DNA of 32,000 bases, taken from positions 390,001 to 422,000 of the forward strand of contig NC_015735.1 of the NCBI RefSeq assembly GCF_000219175.1, read 5' to 3'. Shown piece by piece: positions 19,729 to 29,993 of this stretch. The notes under the pieces were generated by a model, which saw only the letters and a program-made list of their open reading frames with translations, searched no databases and was not told where the DNA came from. The position numbers and the translations under genes were made by a program. This stretch comes from Candidatus Moranella endobia PCIT (GTDB lineage Bacteria > Pseudomonadota > Gammaproteobacteria > Enterobacterales > Enterobacteriaceae). How positions within the stretch are numbered: the first letter of the stretch is position 1; every line of letters begins with the position of its first letter.

Positions 19729-20988
19729 ATGATAGGTAAGCACAAAGACGGTTCAGACAAGTTGTTGTATTGCTCTTTCTGTGGTAAAAGCCAGCATGAG
19801 GTGCAGAAACTGATTGCTGGACCGTCGGTGTATATCTGCGATGAATGTATAGACCTATGCAACGATATTCTCCGCGAAGAGATAAAGCAAGTTACGCCGA
19901 ACGTTGAACGTAGCGCGTTGCCGACGCCCTCTGAAATTAGGCATAATCTTGATCATTATGTCATTGGGCAGGAAACAGCCAAAAAAGTACTCGCGGTAGC
20001 GGTTTATAATCACTATAAGCGTCTACACCATGGTGCTAAAAATAACGGAATAGAACTGGGTAAAAGCAATATTTTGCTTATTGGTCCTACTGGCAGCGGA
20101 AAAACTTTGTTGGCAGAAACTTTGGCCCGCTTCTTGGATGTACCTTTCACCATGGCAGATGCTACGACCTTGACAGAAGCTGGATACGTTGGTGAGGATG
20201 TGGAAAACATCATCCAGAAACTATTGCAAAAATGCGATTACGACATACAAAAAGCGCAGCTCGGCGTTGTCTATATTGATGAGATCGACAAAATATCTCG
20301 TAAATCTGATCACCCTTCCATTACTCGAGACGTTTCTGGTGAGGGGGTACAGCAGGCGCTACTGAAACTGATAGAAGGCACCGTAGCCGCGGTGCCACCA
20401 CAGGGTGGTCGTAAACATCCTCAGCAAGAATTTCTGCAAGTTGATACTTCGAAAATTCTGTTTATCTGCGGCGGTGCTTTCGCCGGGCTAGATAAAGTGA
20501 TTAAACAGCGCACTGAAATAAACCGTGGCATCGGTTTTAACGCTACCGTGAACAGTAGTTCTGGGAAAGTAGCCAAAGACGAACTGCTGGCACAAATGGA
20601 GCCGGAGGACCTGATTAAGTTCGGACTGATCCCTGAATTCATTGGCAGATTGCCAGTCGTGGCAACGCTGAGTGAATTAAGCGAAGAAGCACTGATCCAG
20701 ATCCTGCTCGAGCCGAAAAACGCGCTAACTAAACAGTATCAGGCGTTGTTCAATATGGAAGGCGTTGAGCTGGAATTCAGCAATGAAGCACTTGTAGCCA
20801 TTGCCAAAAAAGCCATAACGCGTAAAACCGGTGCCCGCGGCCTCCGCTCAATAGTCGAGAGCGCACTATTGGAAACAATGTATGAACTGCCTTCTCAGTG
20901 CGGCGTTGAAAAAGTAGTAGTCGATGCCGCGGTAATTACCGGCCAATCTGAGCCATTGCTTATCTACAAGACCAGCAAGAATGCGTAG
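19729..20988 (+). CDS. clpX: ATP-dependent Clp protease ATP-binding subunit ClpX
   Basis: Colinear with E. coli ClpX: zinc-binding domain [34 protein letters not shown], Walker [20 protein letters not shown], Walker [14 protein letters not shown], pore and IGF regions [16 protein letters not shown], and [15 protein letters not shown] at 19729 with GAGGG upstream; the track start at 19726 is a TTG one codon earlier. Confidence 0.96.
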   Translation: MIGKHKDGSDKLLYCSFCGKSQHEVQKLIAGPSVYICDECIDLCNDILREEIKQVTPNVERSALPTPSEIRHNLDHYVIGQETAKKVLAVAVYNHYKRLHHGAKNNGIELGKSNILLIGPTGSGKTLLAETLARFLDVPFTMADATTLTEAGYVGEDVENIIQKLLQKCDYDIQKAQLGVVYIDEIDKISRKSDHPSITRDVSGEGVQQALLKLIEGTVAAVPPQGGRKHPQQEFLQVDTSKILFICGGAFAGLDKVIKQRTEINRGIGFNATVNSSSGKVAKDELLAQMEPEDLIKFGLIPEFIGRLPVVATLSELSEEALIQILLEPKNALTKQYQALFNMEGVELEFSNEALVAIAKKAITRKTGARGLRSIVESALLETMYELPSQCGVEKVVVDAAVITGQSEPLLIYKTSKNA

Positions 20989-21148
20989 CTGGAATCCAGC
21001 GCAGAACGTGGATGTTGGGCGGCGCAGGCCAGTACTACCAGTCAGTATTCAGAGCTAGCATCTAAACTGGGTGGTTATCCTTCCACTGGCAAAAGGCAAG
21101 CTTTTTTGTGCATATGTTGTACTTTTTCCATCACTAAGAGAGAGTTCT

Positions 21149-23503
21149 ATGAATGCTGAACGTTCTGAACAAATAGAAATGCCCGTGTTGCCTCTGCGCG
21201 ATGTTGTTGTATATCCGCATATGGTCATCCCGCTCTTTGTAGGCCGGGAAAAGTCTATTCAGTGTCTTGAAGCAGCAATGAACGCTAATAAAAAAATAAT
21301 ATTAGTTGCTCAGAAAGAAGCATCAACCGATGAACCGAGTATTAACGATCTTTTTTTAGTTGGAACGTTATCGGCAATTTTGCAAATGCTGAAACTGCCA
21401 GATGGCACGGTCAAAGTACTGGTAGAAGGCTTGACCCGCGCCCGTATCAAGGCACTGGCAGATAATGGCGATTACTTTACTGCTGAAGCTGGTTATTTCG
21501 AATCACCTGAACTAGATGAGCGCGAGCAAATAGTGCTAGTACGTACAGCAATCAAGCAATTTGAAGACTATATCAAACTGAACAAGAAAATACCGCCAGA
21601 AGTACTGACATCGCTAAATAGCATCATCGATGCTGCTTGTCTGGCCGACACTATTGCCGCCCATATGCCGCTGAAGTTAGCCGACAAGCAGTCAGTGTTG
21701 GAAATGGTCGATGTTACCGAGCGGATGGAATACCTGATGGCGATGATGGAGTCTGAAATAGATCTGCTACAGGTGGAGAAACGTCTCCGCAATCGTGTTA
21801 AAAAACAGATGGAAAAGAGCCAACGCGAGTACTATCTGAATGAGCAGATGAAAGCTATTCAGAAAGAACTTGGTGAGATGGACGAATCCCTAGATGAGCA
21901 CGAAGCGCTGAAGAGTAAGATAGATGCGGCCAGAATGCCGCAGGAAGCCAGTGAAAAAACCAAAGCGGAACTTCGGAAATTGAAAATGATGTCGCCGATG
22001 TCAGCTGAGGCGACCGGTGTACGTAGCTACATAGATTGGATGCTATCGGTACCCTGGCATGCGCGCAGCAAAGTTAAAAAAGACCTGCTAAAGGCACAGG
22101 AGATCCTGGATAGGGATCATTATGGTCTAGAACCAGTAAAAGACCGCATTCTAGAATATCTAGCTGTGCAGAGTAGAGTTAGTAAAATCAAAGGACCTAT
22201 CTTGTGTTTGGTAGGCCCGCCTGGAGTAGGTAAAACCTCGCTAGGAAAGTCCATAGCAAAGGCTACCGGCCGTCAGTATGTACGCATGGCACTGGGCGGA
22301 TTGCGCGATGAAGCGGAAATACGCGGGCACCGTCGTACTTATATCGGTTCTATGCCTGGTAAACTTGTACAAAAAATATCCAAAATTGGCGTAAAAAACC
22401 CGTTGTTTCTTCTAGACGAAATCGACAAGATGTCTGCCGATATGCGCGGCGATCCAGCATCTGCACTACTAGAAGTATTAGATCCAGAACAAAATGTGGC
22501 GTTTAACGACCATTACTTGGAAGTGGACTATGATCTTTCCGACGTGCTGTTTATTACTACTTCCAACTCAATGAATATCCCGGCGCCTCTGCTCGATCGT
22601 ATGGAAGTGATCCGCCTGTCAGGTTACACCGAAGAAGAAAAACTAAACATTGCCCAACAATATCTGTTGCCTAAGCAGCTTAATCGCAATGCACTGAAAA
22701 AAGGAGAATTGACGGTAGAAGATAGTGCTTTGTTGGGCATTCTCCGCTACTATACCCGCGAAGCGGGGGTACGCGGCTTGGAGCGGGAAATTTCTAAATT
22801 GTGCCGCAAATCTGTGAAAAACCTACTGATTGATAAGAAAACCAAACATATCGCTATTAGCTCAGACAATCTGCCGGAATTCCTAGGTGTTCATCGCTTT
22901 AGTTGCTTACGCGCGGAAGGGGAAAATCGTATTGGTCAGGTGTCCGGTTTAGCTTGGACAGAGGTAGGTGGCGAGCTGCTAACCATTGAAACAGCGTGTA
23001 TTCCCGGCAAAGGTAAACTGACTTATACCGGTTCGCTAGGGGAAGTAATGCAGGAGTCAATTCAGGCAGCGTTAACCGTGGTCCGTGCGCGTACTGACCA
23101 GCTAGGAATTGATCCAGACTTCTATGAAAAGCGCGATATACATGTACATGTACCGGAAGGAGCAACGCCAAAAGACGGTCCTAGTGCTGGTATTACAATG
23201 TGTACCGCGCTCGTTTCCTGCTTAACTAGTAATCCAGTCCGGTCCAATGTGGCGATGACGGGCGAAATTACCCTGCGCGGTCAGGTGCTTCCTATTGGGG
23301 GACTGAAGGAAAAATTACTAGCTGCACACCGTAGCGGTATAAAAACTGTGCTTATTCCATTTGAGAATAATCGTGACCTAGAAGAAATACCTGGCAACGT
23401 GATAAAAGACTTGGACATTCATCCGGTTCAGCGTATCGATGAGGTGTTAAATTTAGCGTTACAGAATTCTCCGTTCAAGAACAAAATTGGCATTCAACTT
23501 TAA
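21149..23503 (+). CDS. lon: ATP-dependent Lon protease
   Basis: 784 aa from [43 protein letters not shown] (E. coli [44 protein letters not shown]). Walker [29 protein letters not shown] and the catalytic Ser context [16 protein letters not shown] are present. AAGAGAGAG lies upstream. The track start at 21071 is a spurious 26-codon extension. Confidence 0.97.
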   Translation: MNAERSEQIEMPVLPLRDVVVYPHMVIPLFVGREKSIQCLEAAMNANKKIILVAQKEASTDEPSINDLFLVGTLSAILQMLKLPDGTVKVLVEGLTRARIKALADNGDYFTAEAGYFESPELDEREQIVLVRTAIKQFEDYIKLNKKIPPEVLTSLNSIIDAACLADTIAAHMPLKLADKQSVLEMVDVTERMEYLMAMMESEIDLLQVEKRLRNRVKKQMEKSQREYYLNEQMKAIQKELGEMDESLDEHEALKSKIDAARMPQEASEKTKAELRKLKMMSPMSAEATGVRSYIDWMLSVPWHARSKVKKDLLKAQEILDRDHYGLEPVKDRILEYLAVQSRVSKIKGPILCLVGPPGVGKTSLGKSIAKATGRQYVRMALGGLRDEAEIRGHRRTYIGSMPGKLVQKISKIGVKNPLFLLDEIDKMSADMRGDPASALLEVLDPEQNVAFNDHYLEVDYDLSDVLFITTSNSMNIPAPLLDRMEVIRLSGYTEEEKLNIAQQYLLPKQLNRNALKKGELTVEDSALLGILRYYTREAGVRGLEREISKLCRKSVKNLLIDKKTKHIAISSDNLPEFLGVHRFSCLRAEGENRIGQVSGLAWTEVGGELLTIETACIPGKGKLTYTGSLGEVMQESIQAALTVVRARTDQLGIDPDFYEKRDIHVHVPEGATPKDGPSAGITMCTALVSCLTSNPVRSNVAMTGEITLRGQVLPIGGLKEKLLAAHRSGIKTVLIPFENNRDLEEIPGNVIKDLDIHPVQRIDEVLNLALQNSPFKNKIGIQL

Positions 23504-23579
23504 CTATAAAAGTAACGTGAACGGGCTTGGAAGCTGTGAAAGTTAAGCAGATAACATCCAAAGATAGATACAACATTAT

Positions 23580-24008
23580 TCACAATTCACCATGAGTCAC
23601 CATGAGAATTTTTTTTAGTATATCGCGAATCTCGGTAAGTAGTATCTCTTCTGCGCTTTGCTTAGATAGTTCATTTGGTGTTTCTTCCTCCTCTTTGTTG
23701 TGCATCCTATTGATAAGCTTAACAATGCAGAACACAGCGAAGGATACTATGAAAAAATCAAAAACATTTTGTAGAAATATACCGTACTCCATTACTGCAG
23801 CCGGTCTGTTCCCTTGCGCCGGCTTGAGTACCCAACTGAATTGCTTAAAATCAATCCCGCCGATCAACAACCCTAGCGGCGGCATAATGACGTGGGCAAC
23901 TAAAGAAGAGACAATATTACCAAAAGCGGCACCAATAATAATACCGACAGCTAGATCGACCACGTTACCACGCATGGCAAATTTACGGAATTCTTGTAAG
24001 AAACTCAC
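23580..24008 (-). CDS. mscL: Large-conductance mechanosensitive channel
   Basis: 142 aa starting (GTG) [54 protein letters not shown], matching E. coli Msc[58 protein letters not shown]. The motifs QNVFDF.IV.FA.F and LLTEIRD.LK are also present. Confidence 0.93.
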   Translation of the reverse strand: MSFLQEFRKFAMRGNVVDLAVGIIIGAAFGNIVSSLVAHVIMPPLGLLIGGIDFKQFSWVLKPAQGNRPAAVMEYGIFLQNVFDFFIVSFAVFCIVKLINRMHNKEEEETPNELSKQSAEEILLTEIRDILKKILMVTHGEL

Positions 24009-24325
24009 CGACTTACTCTATCATGTTTAGACCGACTAAGTCTAACATAGAATGGATAATGTACCAGATAGTATTAACCCAAATAGGACAACAGTAGATG
24101 CTTAAAAAACAAGTGCTAAAAGTGATTAAGCTGGCTGGCCTGTAAGAGCTAACCAACGCGCCGGCCGCATAGCTGCTAGATGGGCGGTTTTTTCCAGCCA
24201 GCATACTGCCTGCTGGCGACAAGCAGTACCTGAACTATTGCTATTATGATATGACTGACGGGGTCGGTACGGTGTTAACTAATTATCGCCACTGACTCAC
24301 TACTACTCTGCTATTTTAGTGCAGA
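24009..24325. other. Deletion scar at the position of rsmB and trkA
   Basis: On the minus strand the order is def, fmt, a 317-bp gap, then mscL. E. coli has def-fmt-rsmB-trkA-mscL, with about 2.7 kb in the gap. One weak RsmB-like string is present (AAGALVSSY..SLITF cf. GGTLVYATCS..SLQIKAF). Confidence 0.5.
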
Positions 24326-25282
24326 TTACTCCAGAAGCGAGCCAGGAATAAACCATTCACTGTGTGCATTAAGCAACGCCTGGACCGGCATCTGTTTTTT
24401 ACCCGCCAGCTGTAACTGAGTTAGTCTCAAAACACCATCGCCAGTGGCGATGTATATGCCAGCCTTGTTAGCTGCCAAAATTGTGCCTGGCGGCGCACAT
24501 GAAATATTATGTTGCGCGCTAACACTGGCATCCCAAACTTTAATTGACTGCCCAGACCAAGGGTAATAACTTGTGGGCCACGGATTAAAGGCGCGGATGT
24601 AGAGCGCAAGCTGCACCGCTGGTAGGCGCCAGTCAATCCTAGCCTCTTCCTTACTTATTTTGTCCGCATAGGTAGCGCGAGAGTTATCTTGTGGCTCAGC
24701 CGTCGCATTACCGGCGGCGAGCTGTTCTATGGTGAACAATAGGGCGTCAGGCCCGATTTGCGATAATTTTTTATAAAGCGAGGCGCTAGTATCGTGTGGA
24801 TGGATAGTGCAAGTGACTTTATGCAGTATGGCTCCGGTATCAAGGCCAGTATCCATCTGTATAATTGTTACGCCAGTAAACTCGTCACCAGCACATAATG
24901 CTCGTTGAAGCGGTGCTGACCCACGCCAGCGCGGTAACAAAGACCCATGTACGTTGATACATCCAAGCCGCGGTAATTCCAGCACCGCCGGGGGCAGGAT
25001 TAAGCCATATGCCACTACAACCATGATATCTGCCTTTAACTTCGCCACCCACCTTTGGGCCTCGAGTGTTTTAAGCGAAGATGGTTGAAATAAAGGGATA
25101 CTATGCATGTCCGCCAATTGCTTGACCGAGCTAGAAGTCAATCGGTAGCCACGTCCTGTTGGTCGATCAGGTTGGGTTAAAACGCCCACTATCTGATGTT
25201 TGGTGCGAATCAGCGCTTCCAAATGGCGCGCGGCGAAATCCGGCGTACCAGCAAAGATAATACGTAAATAATTGCACGTCAT
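24326..25282 (-). CDS. fmt: Methionyl-tRNA formyltransferase
   Basis: 318 aa, colinear with E. coli Fmt ([129 protein letters not shown]). Confidence 0.95.
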   Translation of the reverse strand: MTCNYLRIIFAGTPDFAARHLEALIRTKHQIVGVLTQPDRPTGRGYRLTSSSVKQLADMHSIPLFQPSSLKTLEAQRWVAKLKADIMVVVAYGLILPPAVLELPRLGCINVHGSLLPRWRGSAPLQRALCAGDEFTGVTIIQMDTGLDTGAILHKVTCTIHPHDTSASLYKKLSQIGPDALLFTIEQLAAGNATAEPQDNSRATYADKISKEEARIDWRLPAVQLALYIRAFNPWPTSYYPWSGQSIKVWDASVSAQHNISCAPPGTILAANKAGIYIATGDGVLRLTQLQLAGKKQMPVQALLNAHSEWFIPGSLLE

Positions 25283-25288
25283 GAATTC

Positions 25289-25783
25289 CTACTCATGTGC
25301 ATTATTTATTTTTTGAAGAATAAGCTGACGTTTTAGCGGTGATAGATAATCGACAAATAATTTGCCAACTAAGTGATCCATCTCATGTTGAATACAGATG
25401 GATAACAGATCTTCCGCCTCCAGCTCGAAGCTATTACCGTTGCTATCCAGCGCCCGCACTCTTACCTTTGCTGCCCGAGGCACGAAGCAATGTTGACCTG
25501 GAATCGACAAACAGCCTTCATTAATGCTGATCTCACCGCTTTTATCTAGTAGTTCGGGATTGATCAACACTAGGCGTTGCCTATGGTTTTCAGAGACATC
25601 AAGAACAATCAGCCTTTGGTGAATATCAACTTGGGTAGCAGCTAGGCCGATTCCATCTGCAGCGTACATAGTCTCAAACATATCATTCAAGAGGCTTCGT
25701 ATGGCATTATTTACGTTGGTAACTGGTTTAGCAACTTTTCTTAGCCGTTTATCAGGATAATGTAATACTTGTAATAAGGTCAT
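25289..25783 (-). CDS. def: Peptide deformylase
   Basis: From ATG 25783 the protein reads [21 protein letters not shown] (E. coli [21 protein letters not shown]). The three metal-site motifs are intact: [16 protein letters not shown] and [12 protein letters not shown]. The track ORF extends to TTG 25861, and an alternative ATG lies at 25801, but those extensions have no counterpart. The stop is 6 nt before the fmt ATG. Confidence 0.9.
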   Translation of the reverse strand: MTLLQVLHYPDKRLRKVAKPVTNVNNAIRSLLNDMFETMYAADGIGLAATQVDIHQRLIVLDVSENHRQRLVLINPELLDKSGEISINEGCLSIPGQHCFVPRAAKVRVRALDSNGNSFELEAEDLLSICIQHEMDHLVGKLFVDYLSPLKRQLILQKINNAHE

Positions 25784-26031
25784 CTTGGTGTGACTCTTCA
25801 TATGATTATGCACAACATGTTCACCAGCATTGTAAACAGTTGTGAAACTAATTGACAGCAATTAGTATGCAGGTTAGGCAAAGAATCAGTGTAAAATGCT
25901 TAGCATTAATATAAAATGGCCCATTAACCGGCCGGCGGCTAGCATGTATGTATCTTGTTTATTTACTTGAGATATTGCTATCGGTTACCATCTGTTGTTT
26001 TAATAATTATTAACAATAACCAATTTCTACC

Positions 26032-27683
26032 ATGACGCAAGTAAAAAAAAAATATTGGTAACCTGCGCGTTACCTTATGCTAATGGATGCATCCATCTAG
26101 GCCATATGCTTGAGCATATACAGGCGGATATCTGGGTGCGTTATCAACGAATGTGCGGCCATCAGGTTTATTTTATCTGTGCCGATGATGCTCACGGCAC
26201 GCCAATTATGCTTAAAGCGCAGCAATTGGGAATCACACCGGAAGAGATGATTAACGCCATTAACCTAGAGCATCAGAAAGATTTTGCTGGCTTTGGTATC
26301 AGCTATGACCATTACTATTCTACTCATAGCGAGGAAAATCGCCAGTTATCTACGTTGATTTATCAACGTCTGAAAGAAAACGATTTCATCAAATCACGCA
26401 CGATTTCCCAGTTATTTGATCCCGAACTGGCCATGTTTCTACCCGATAGATTTGTAACCGGAACCTGTCCGAAATGCTATTTACCCGATCAGTACGGTGA
26501 TAACTGCGAGAGATGTGGCGCTACCTATAATCCAACGGATCTGATCAATCCGAAATCAGCGGTATCCGGTGCCAAGCCAGTGATGCTGGAATCAGAGCAT
26601 TTTTTCTTTGATTTACCTGCCTTCAGTGACATGCTGCGCTCATGGATGCGCTCTGGCGCGGTGCAAGAGCAGGTGGCAAATAAGATGCATGAGTGGTTAG
26701 ATTCAGGGTTGCAGCAGTGGGATATTTCCCGCGACGCGCCCTATTTTGGCTTTGAAGTGCCAGATGCACCAGGCAAATATTTCTATGTATGGATGGATGC
26801 TCCAATCGGATATATGGGCGCTTTTAAGAATTTTTGCCAGCAGCGTAACGACAACGACATTTGCTTTGAGGAGTTTTGGCATGTAGATTCACAAGCCGAT
26901 CTGTATCATTTTATTGGCAAGGACATTATCTATTTTCACAGTCTGTTCTGGCCTGCAATGTTAGAAGGAAGTAAGTTCCGCAAACCTACTAATTTATTTG
27001 TCCACGGTTATGTGACTATCAACGGTGCAAAGATGTCTAAGTCACGCGGCACGTTTATAACTGCCAGCACCTATCTAGAGCACCTGGATGCAGACTGCCT
27101 GCGTTATTACTACGCCACTAAACTTTCATCGCGCATCGATGATATAGACCTTAATCTAGGCGATTTTGTTCAGAGGGTTAACGCTGATATTGTTAATAAA
27201 GTGGTCAACCTAGCTTCACGCAACGCCAATTTTATCAATAGACATTTTGATTGCCAGTTGGCAGATCACATAGAAAACCCAGTGTTGTATGCAACCTTTG
27301 TGAATGCAGCGCCATCTATTGGTGAAGCATTTAACAACCGTGAAACCAGCCGCGCTATCCGTGAAATTATGACCCTAGCTGACTTGGCAAACCGCTATAT
27401 AGCTGAACAAGCACCCTGGGTTGTGGCTAAACAGGCAGGAAGAGAGGTAGATCTGCAGGCAATCTGTTCGATGGGAATTCAACTGTTCCGGTTGCTCATG
27501 ATCTATTTGAAACCAATACTACCCTCACTGGCAGCACGGGTAGAAGTATTTCTTGATTCACCACTCACTTGGAGATCAGTTTCAATACCGCTAGTATCGC
27601 ATCGCATTAGACCGTTCAAGGTACTGTTCAGTCGTATCGAACCATCACAAATTGAGGCAGTTATCGAAGCATCGCATAATTAA
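26032..27683 (+). CDS. metG: Methionyl-tRNA synthetase: catalytic and anticodon-binding core only, with a 5' frameshift in an A10 run
   Basis: The long ORF (26055-27683, 542 aa) is colinear with E. coli MetG residues 9 to about 550 ([137 protein letters not shown]). The ancestral ATG at 26032 (MTQVKKK) is one base out of frame across the A10 run at 26043-26052. The ORF stops at 27681-27683, where E. coli continues for about 125 more residues. Confidence 0.9.
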
Positions 27684-27968
27684 AAAGTTGGCCAACGTAC
27701 CAGCGGCGTAAACGCAGGATAGTAAAACTGAGCACCCTACTATTGCTGCCAATATTACATTAGTAGATCGATATGCGTGTTGCGCTGATTAAACAAGCCG
27801 AGTACGTTGAAGGAGCTGATAAGTTGCTGAAGTTAACGCTTGATATCGTTGGTTAAGGAAGAATGACGATAATGGTGGCTAATCTGGCGCCACGTAATAT
27901 GTGCTGAAGGGAGGGATATAGTAGTGGTTGCTAACTTCACTGGTTTCATATTAAGATTAAGGTATTGA
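27684..27968 (+). pseudogene. metG: Decayed C-terminal tRNA-binding and dimerisation domain of metG
   Basis: Broken frames after the metG stop read IDMRVALIKQAEYVEGADKLLKLTLDIVG* (E. coli [29 protein letters not shown]), then RMTIMVANLAPRNMC* (E. coli RHTIMVANLAPRKMRFG), then EGRDIVVV (cf. EG..KDIFLL). An internal deletion and several stops are present. Confidence 0.8.
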
Positions 27969-28095
27969 TTTAATTGACTAATCTATTGTTATAATATTGT
28001 GTTGTTAGGCTGGCTACACTGTGTTAACACGTATGATTGCCAAACGCACACCATAAGCTAACCAATGTTGATACTATTGTAAACAGATAAAACGT

Positions 28096-28167
28096 CGTCT
28101 CCGACAGGAATCGAACCTGTAACTAGCTCTTAGGAGGGGCTTATTATATCCATTTAACTACGGAGAC
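28096..28167 (-). tRNA. tRNA-Arg (anticodon CCU), no encoded CCA; C30:A40 mismatch in the anticodon stem
   Basis: The reverse complement reads GTCTCCG-TA-GTTA-AATGGATA-TAAT-A-AGCCC-CTCCTAA-GAGCT-AGTT-ACAGG-TTCGATT-CCTGT-CGGAGAC-G, closely resembling E. coli argW. The acceptor and T stems pair perfectly, and the T stem carries a compensated change relative to E. coli. The anticodon stem AGCCC/GAGCT has one C:A mismatch. The 3' flank is ACG, not CCA. A TATACT -10-like hexamer lies on the minus strand at 28185-28180. Confidence 0.85.
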
Positions 28168-28395
28168 ATATTAAATAATAGTATAGCTTATCTGCTGCAA
28201 AAAAGCAGCAATTATAGTTGCGTTTGATCAATTACTAGTCATAATACGTATTATGCATGTCATTAGGTGAACTAAGTGGGGGCCATCTGCGTCGTTTTAT
28301 CTCTGATCTATCGGATAGATATCTTATCTACCTGCTCATTATCTATCAACCGGGTCTTACCTAGCCAAGCAGTGAATAACACAACTGCTCGCAAA

Positions 28396-29175
28396 CTAGA
28401 TACTGTTAATGGCTTCATGGTAACAGCGTTTCTGATAATCAACGTATTTGGCTATGATACCGACATGTAGCAGTAGCTCCGCCGCTGCCAGCACATTATC
28501 ATTATGTCGTTCTCCAACACGCAGCGGCACTACTACTACCAGTTGCGTGAGTGCTTGATATAACTGTGGCACAATCAGTTTCGCTTCAGCGTTCAGATAA
28601 CTGTTACGCGAACTTAGCGCCAAATTATCTGCGGTGCGCACCGTAGGTACACCAATAATATCGGTATCATAGCCCATATGCCGTACCAACTGACGAATAA
28701 TTGCTAATTGCTGAAAGTCTTTTTCGCCAAAGTAAGCAACTTCAGGTTGCATAAGATTGAATAGCTTGCTCACAACAGTGGCGACACCGCGAAAGTGACC
28801 TGGTCGGTTTGCACCCTCTAGAATCTTAGTGAAACCAGGCACATCAACAAACGACTGATTAACAATACCGTAAGGGTAAATTGCTGAAGTAGCAGGGACG
28901 AATACCATGTCAACGTCGTGCCAGGTCAACTGTTCGTAGTCTTGTTGCAGTGTCCGCGGGTAAGATGCCAGATCTGCTGTGCGGTCGAACTGTATAGGGT
29001 TGACGAACACGCTTACCACGACTTTATTTTCTGCACGAACGCGACCAGTGTCCATTAACTTAACATGGCCGGTATGCAAATTTCCCATGGTTGGGATGAG
29101 AGCTATATGCTTATTTTCCTGACGCCACTGTGTAACCGTTTGCCGCAGTGTCTGCGTCTTTTTGATAATCAGCAC
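28396..29175 (-). CDS. panC: Pantoate--beta-alanine ligase, truncated by a 3' frameshift (possible pseudogene)
   Basis: A GTG start with AAGGA upstream gives 259 aa colinear with E. coli PanC to about residue 255 (PTMGNLH.GH.KL, VVS.FVNP.QF, YPRTLQ.D, VD.VF.P, DVPG....[54 protein letters not shown]). The conserved tail [22 protein letters not shown] (E. coli [22 protein letters not shown]) continues in another frame at 28394-28311, with its stop at 28310-28308. Confidence 0.85.
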   Translation of the reverse strand: MLIIKKTQTLRQTVTQWRQENKHIALIPTMGNLHTGHVKLMDTGRVRAENKVVVSVFVNPIQFDRTADLASYPRTLQQDYEQLTWHDVDMVFVPATSAIYPYGIVNQSFVDVPGFTKILEGANRPGHFRGVATVVSKLFNLMQPEVAYFGEKDFQQLAIIRQLVRHMGYDTDIIGVPTVRTADNLALSSRNSYLNAEAKLIVPQLYQALTQLVVVVPLRVGERHNDNVLAAAELLLHVGIIAKYVDYQKRCYHEAINSI

Positions 29176-29186
29176 GCTAGTATCCT

Positions 29187-29993
29187 TTATGAGTGAAAAC
29201 TGTGTTCGGTGGTGGGAAAGCGGCCGGCTTCTACTTCTTGCACATAACAGCGCACGGCGGCGGCAAGATCCCCTCCGGCCGAGAGAAAATTATTCGAGAA
29301 TGAAGGCGAGCTAGAGCCAGTTATACCTAGTGCATCATGCATCACAAGAATCTGACCGTCGGTAACAGCACCAGCGCCAATGCCAATAACAGAGATTGCC
29401 AATGCCTGGGTCACGCGTTCCGCTAGTGCCACCGGCACACATTCTAGTACAAGCAGCTGGGCGCCTGCATGTTCCAGCGCGAGCGCATCGGTCAGCAATT
29501 GCTCAGCACTGGTAGGATCACGACCATGAATTTTATAGCCGCCAAAAATATTTACCGACTGCGGGGTTAGACCTAGGTGTCCACATACTGGTACTGCCCG
29601 CTCAGTTAGCGCGCTAACCGTATCTGCCAGCCACGCGCCGCCCTCCAGTTTCACCATGTTGGCGCCAGCTCGCATAAGTGCAGATGCACTATCAAAGGCC
29701 TGCGCCGGCGTGGCATAGCTCATAAACGGCATATCTGCTAGCAGCAAGCAGTAGGGGGCGCCTCGCCGCACACAGCGGGTATGATAAATTATATCATCTA
29801 AGGTAACAGGTAGCGTTGATGCGTGGCCCTGCATTGTCATTCCCAAGGAGTCGCCCACTAGCATAACTTTAATGCCTTGTTCAGTGAATAGGCGGGCAAA
29901 CGCAGCGTCGTAGGCCGTAATGGACGCGAATTTTTGCTGTTGTTGCTTCCATCGGTGCACATGATAAATGGTGGTCATAGTAGTAGTGGTCAT
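29187..29993 (-). CDS. panB: 3-methyl-2-oxobutanoate hydroxymethyltransferase (ketopantoate hydroxymethyltransferase)
   Basis: Colinear with E. coli PanB (KFA.ITAYD..FA.LF...[49 protein letters not shown]...[99 protein letters not shown]). The start is ambiguous between ATG 29993 and ATG 29978 because of a 15-bp duplication. The track's GTG at 30014 is unlikely. Confidence 0.92.
   Translation of the reverse strand: MTTTTMTTIYHVHRWKQQQQKFASITAYDAAFARLFTEQGIKVMLVGDSLGMTMQGHASTLPVTLDDIIYHTRCVRRGAPYCLLLADMPFMSYATPAQAFDSASALMRAGANMVKLEGGAWLADTVSALTERAVPVCGHLGLTPQSVNIFGGYKIHGRDPTSAEQLLTDALALEHAGAQLLVLECVPVALAERVTQALAISVIGIGAGAVTDGQILVMHDALGITGSSSPSFSNNFLSAGGDLAAAVRCYVQEVEAGRFPTTEHSFHS

Noticed and set aside
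21071-21148. N-terminal extensions suggested by the ORF track for lon. The same applies to lpxA (8165-8200), htpX (17621-17662), def (25784-25861), skp (6067-6087) and panB (29994-30014).
   Set aside because: Alignment to the E. coli N-termini places the true starts downstream. The extensions have no counterpart, and several begin at weak TTG or GTG codons.
24013-24222. A 69-aa minus-strand ORF between fmt and mscL.
   Set aside because: It lies in the rsmB-trkA deletion scar and shows at most a faint RsmB C-terminal resemblance. It is not a plausible gene.
27965-27995. A promoter-like TTGACT/TATAAT pair and an extended -10 (TGTTATAAT) on the plus strand.
   Set aside because: The TTGACT-TATAAT spacing is only 10 bp. 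The extended -10 faces the antisense side of tRNA-Arg with no downstream ORF or RNA that I can identify. Such hexamers arise by chance in AT-rich junk DNA.
28193-28254. A hairpin TGCTGC-AAAAAA-GCAGCA (28193-28210) and a 14-bp palindrome ATAATACGTATTAT (28241-28254) between panC and tRNA-Arg.
   Set aside because: The stems are short or AT-only with no adjacent U-tract on either strand, so I cannot assign terminator or operator function.
28276-28470. A 64-aa plus-strand ORF. A similar one lies at 30537-30731.
   Set aside because: Both are antisense to relics, the first to the panC tail and the second to the folK and pcnB ends. There are no supporting signals.
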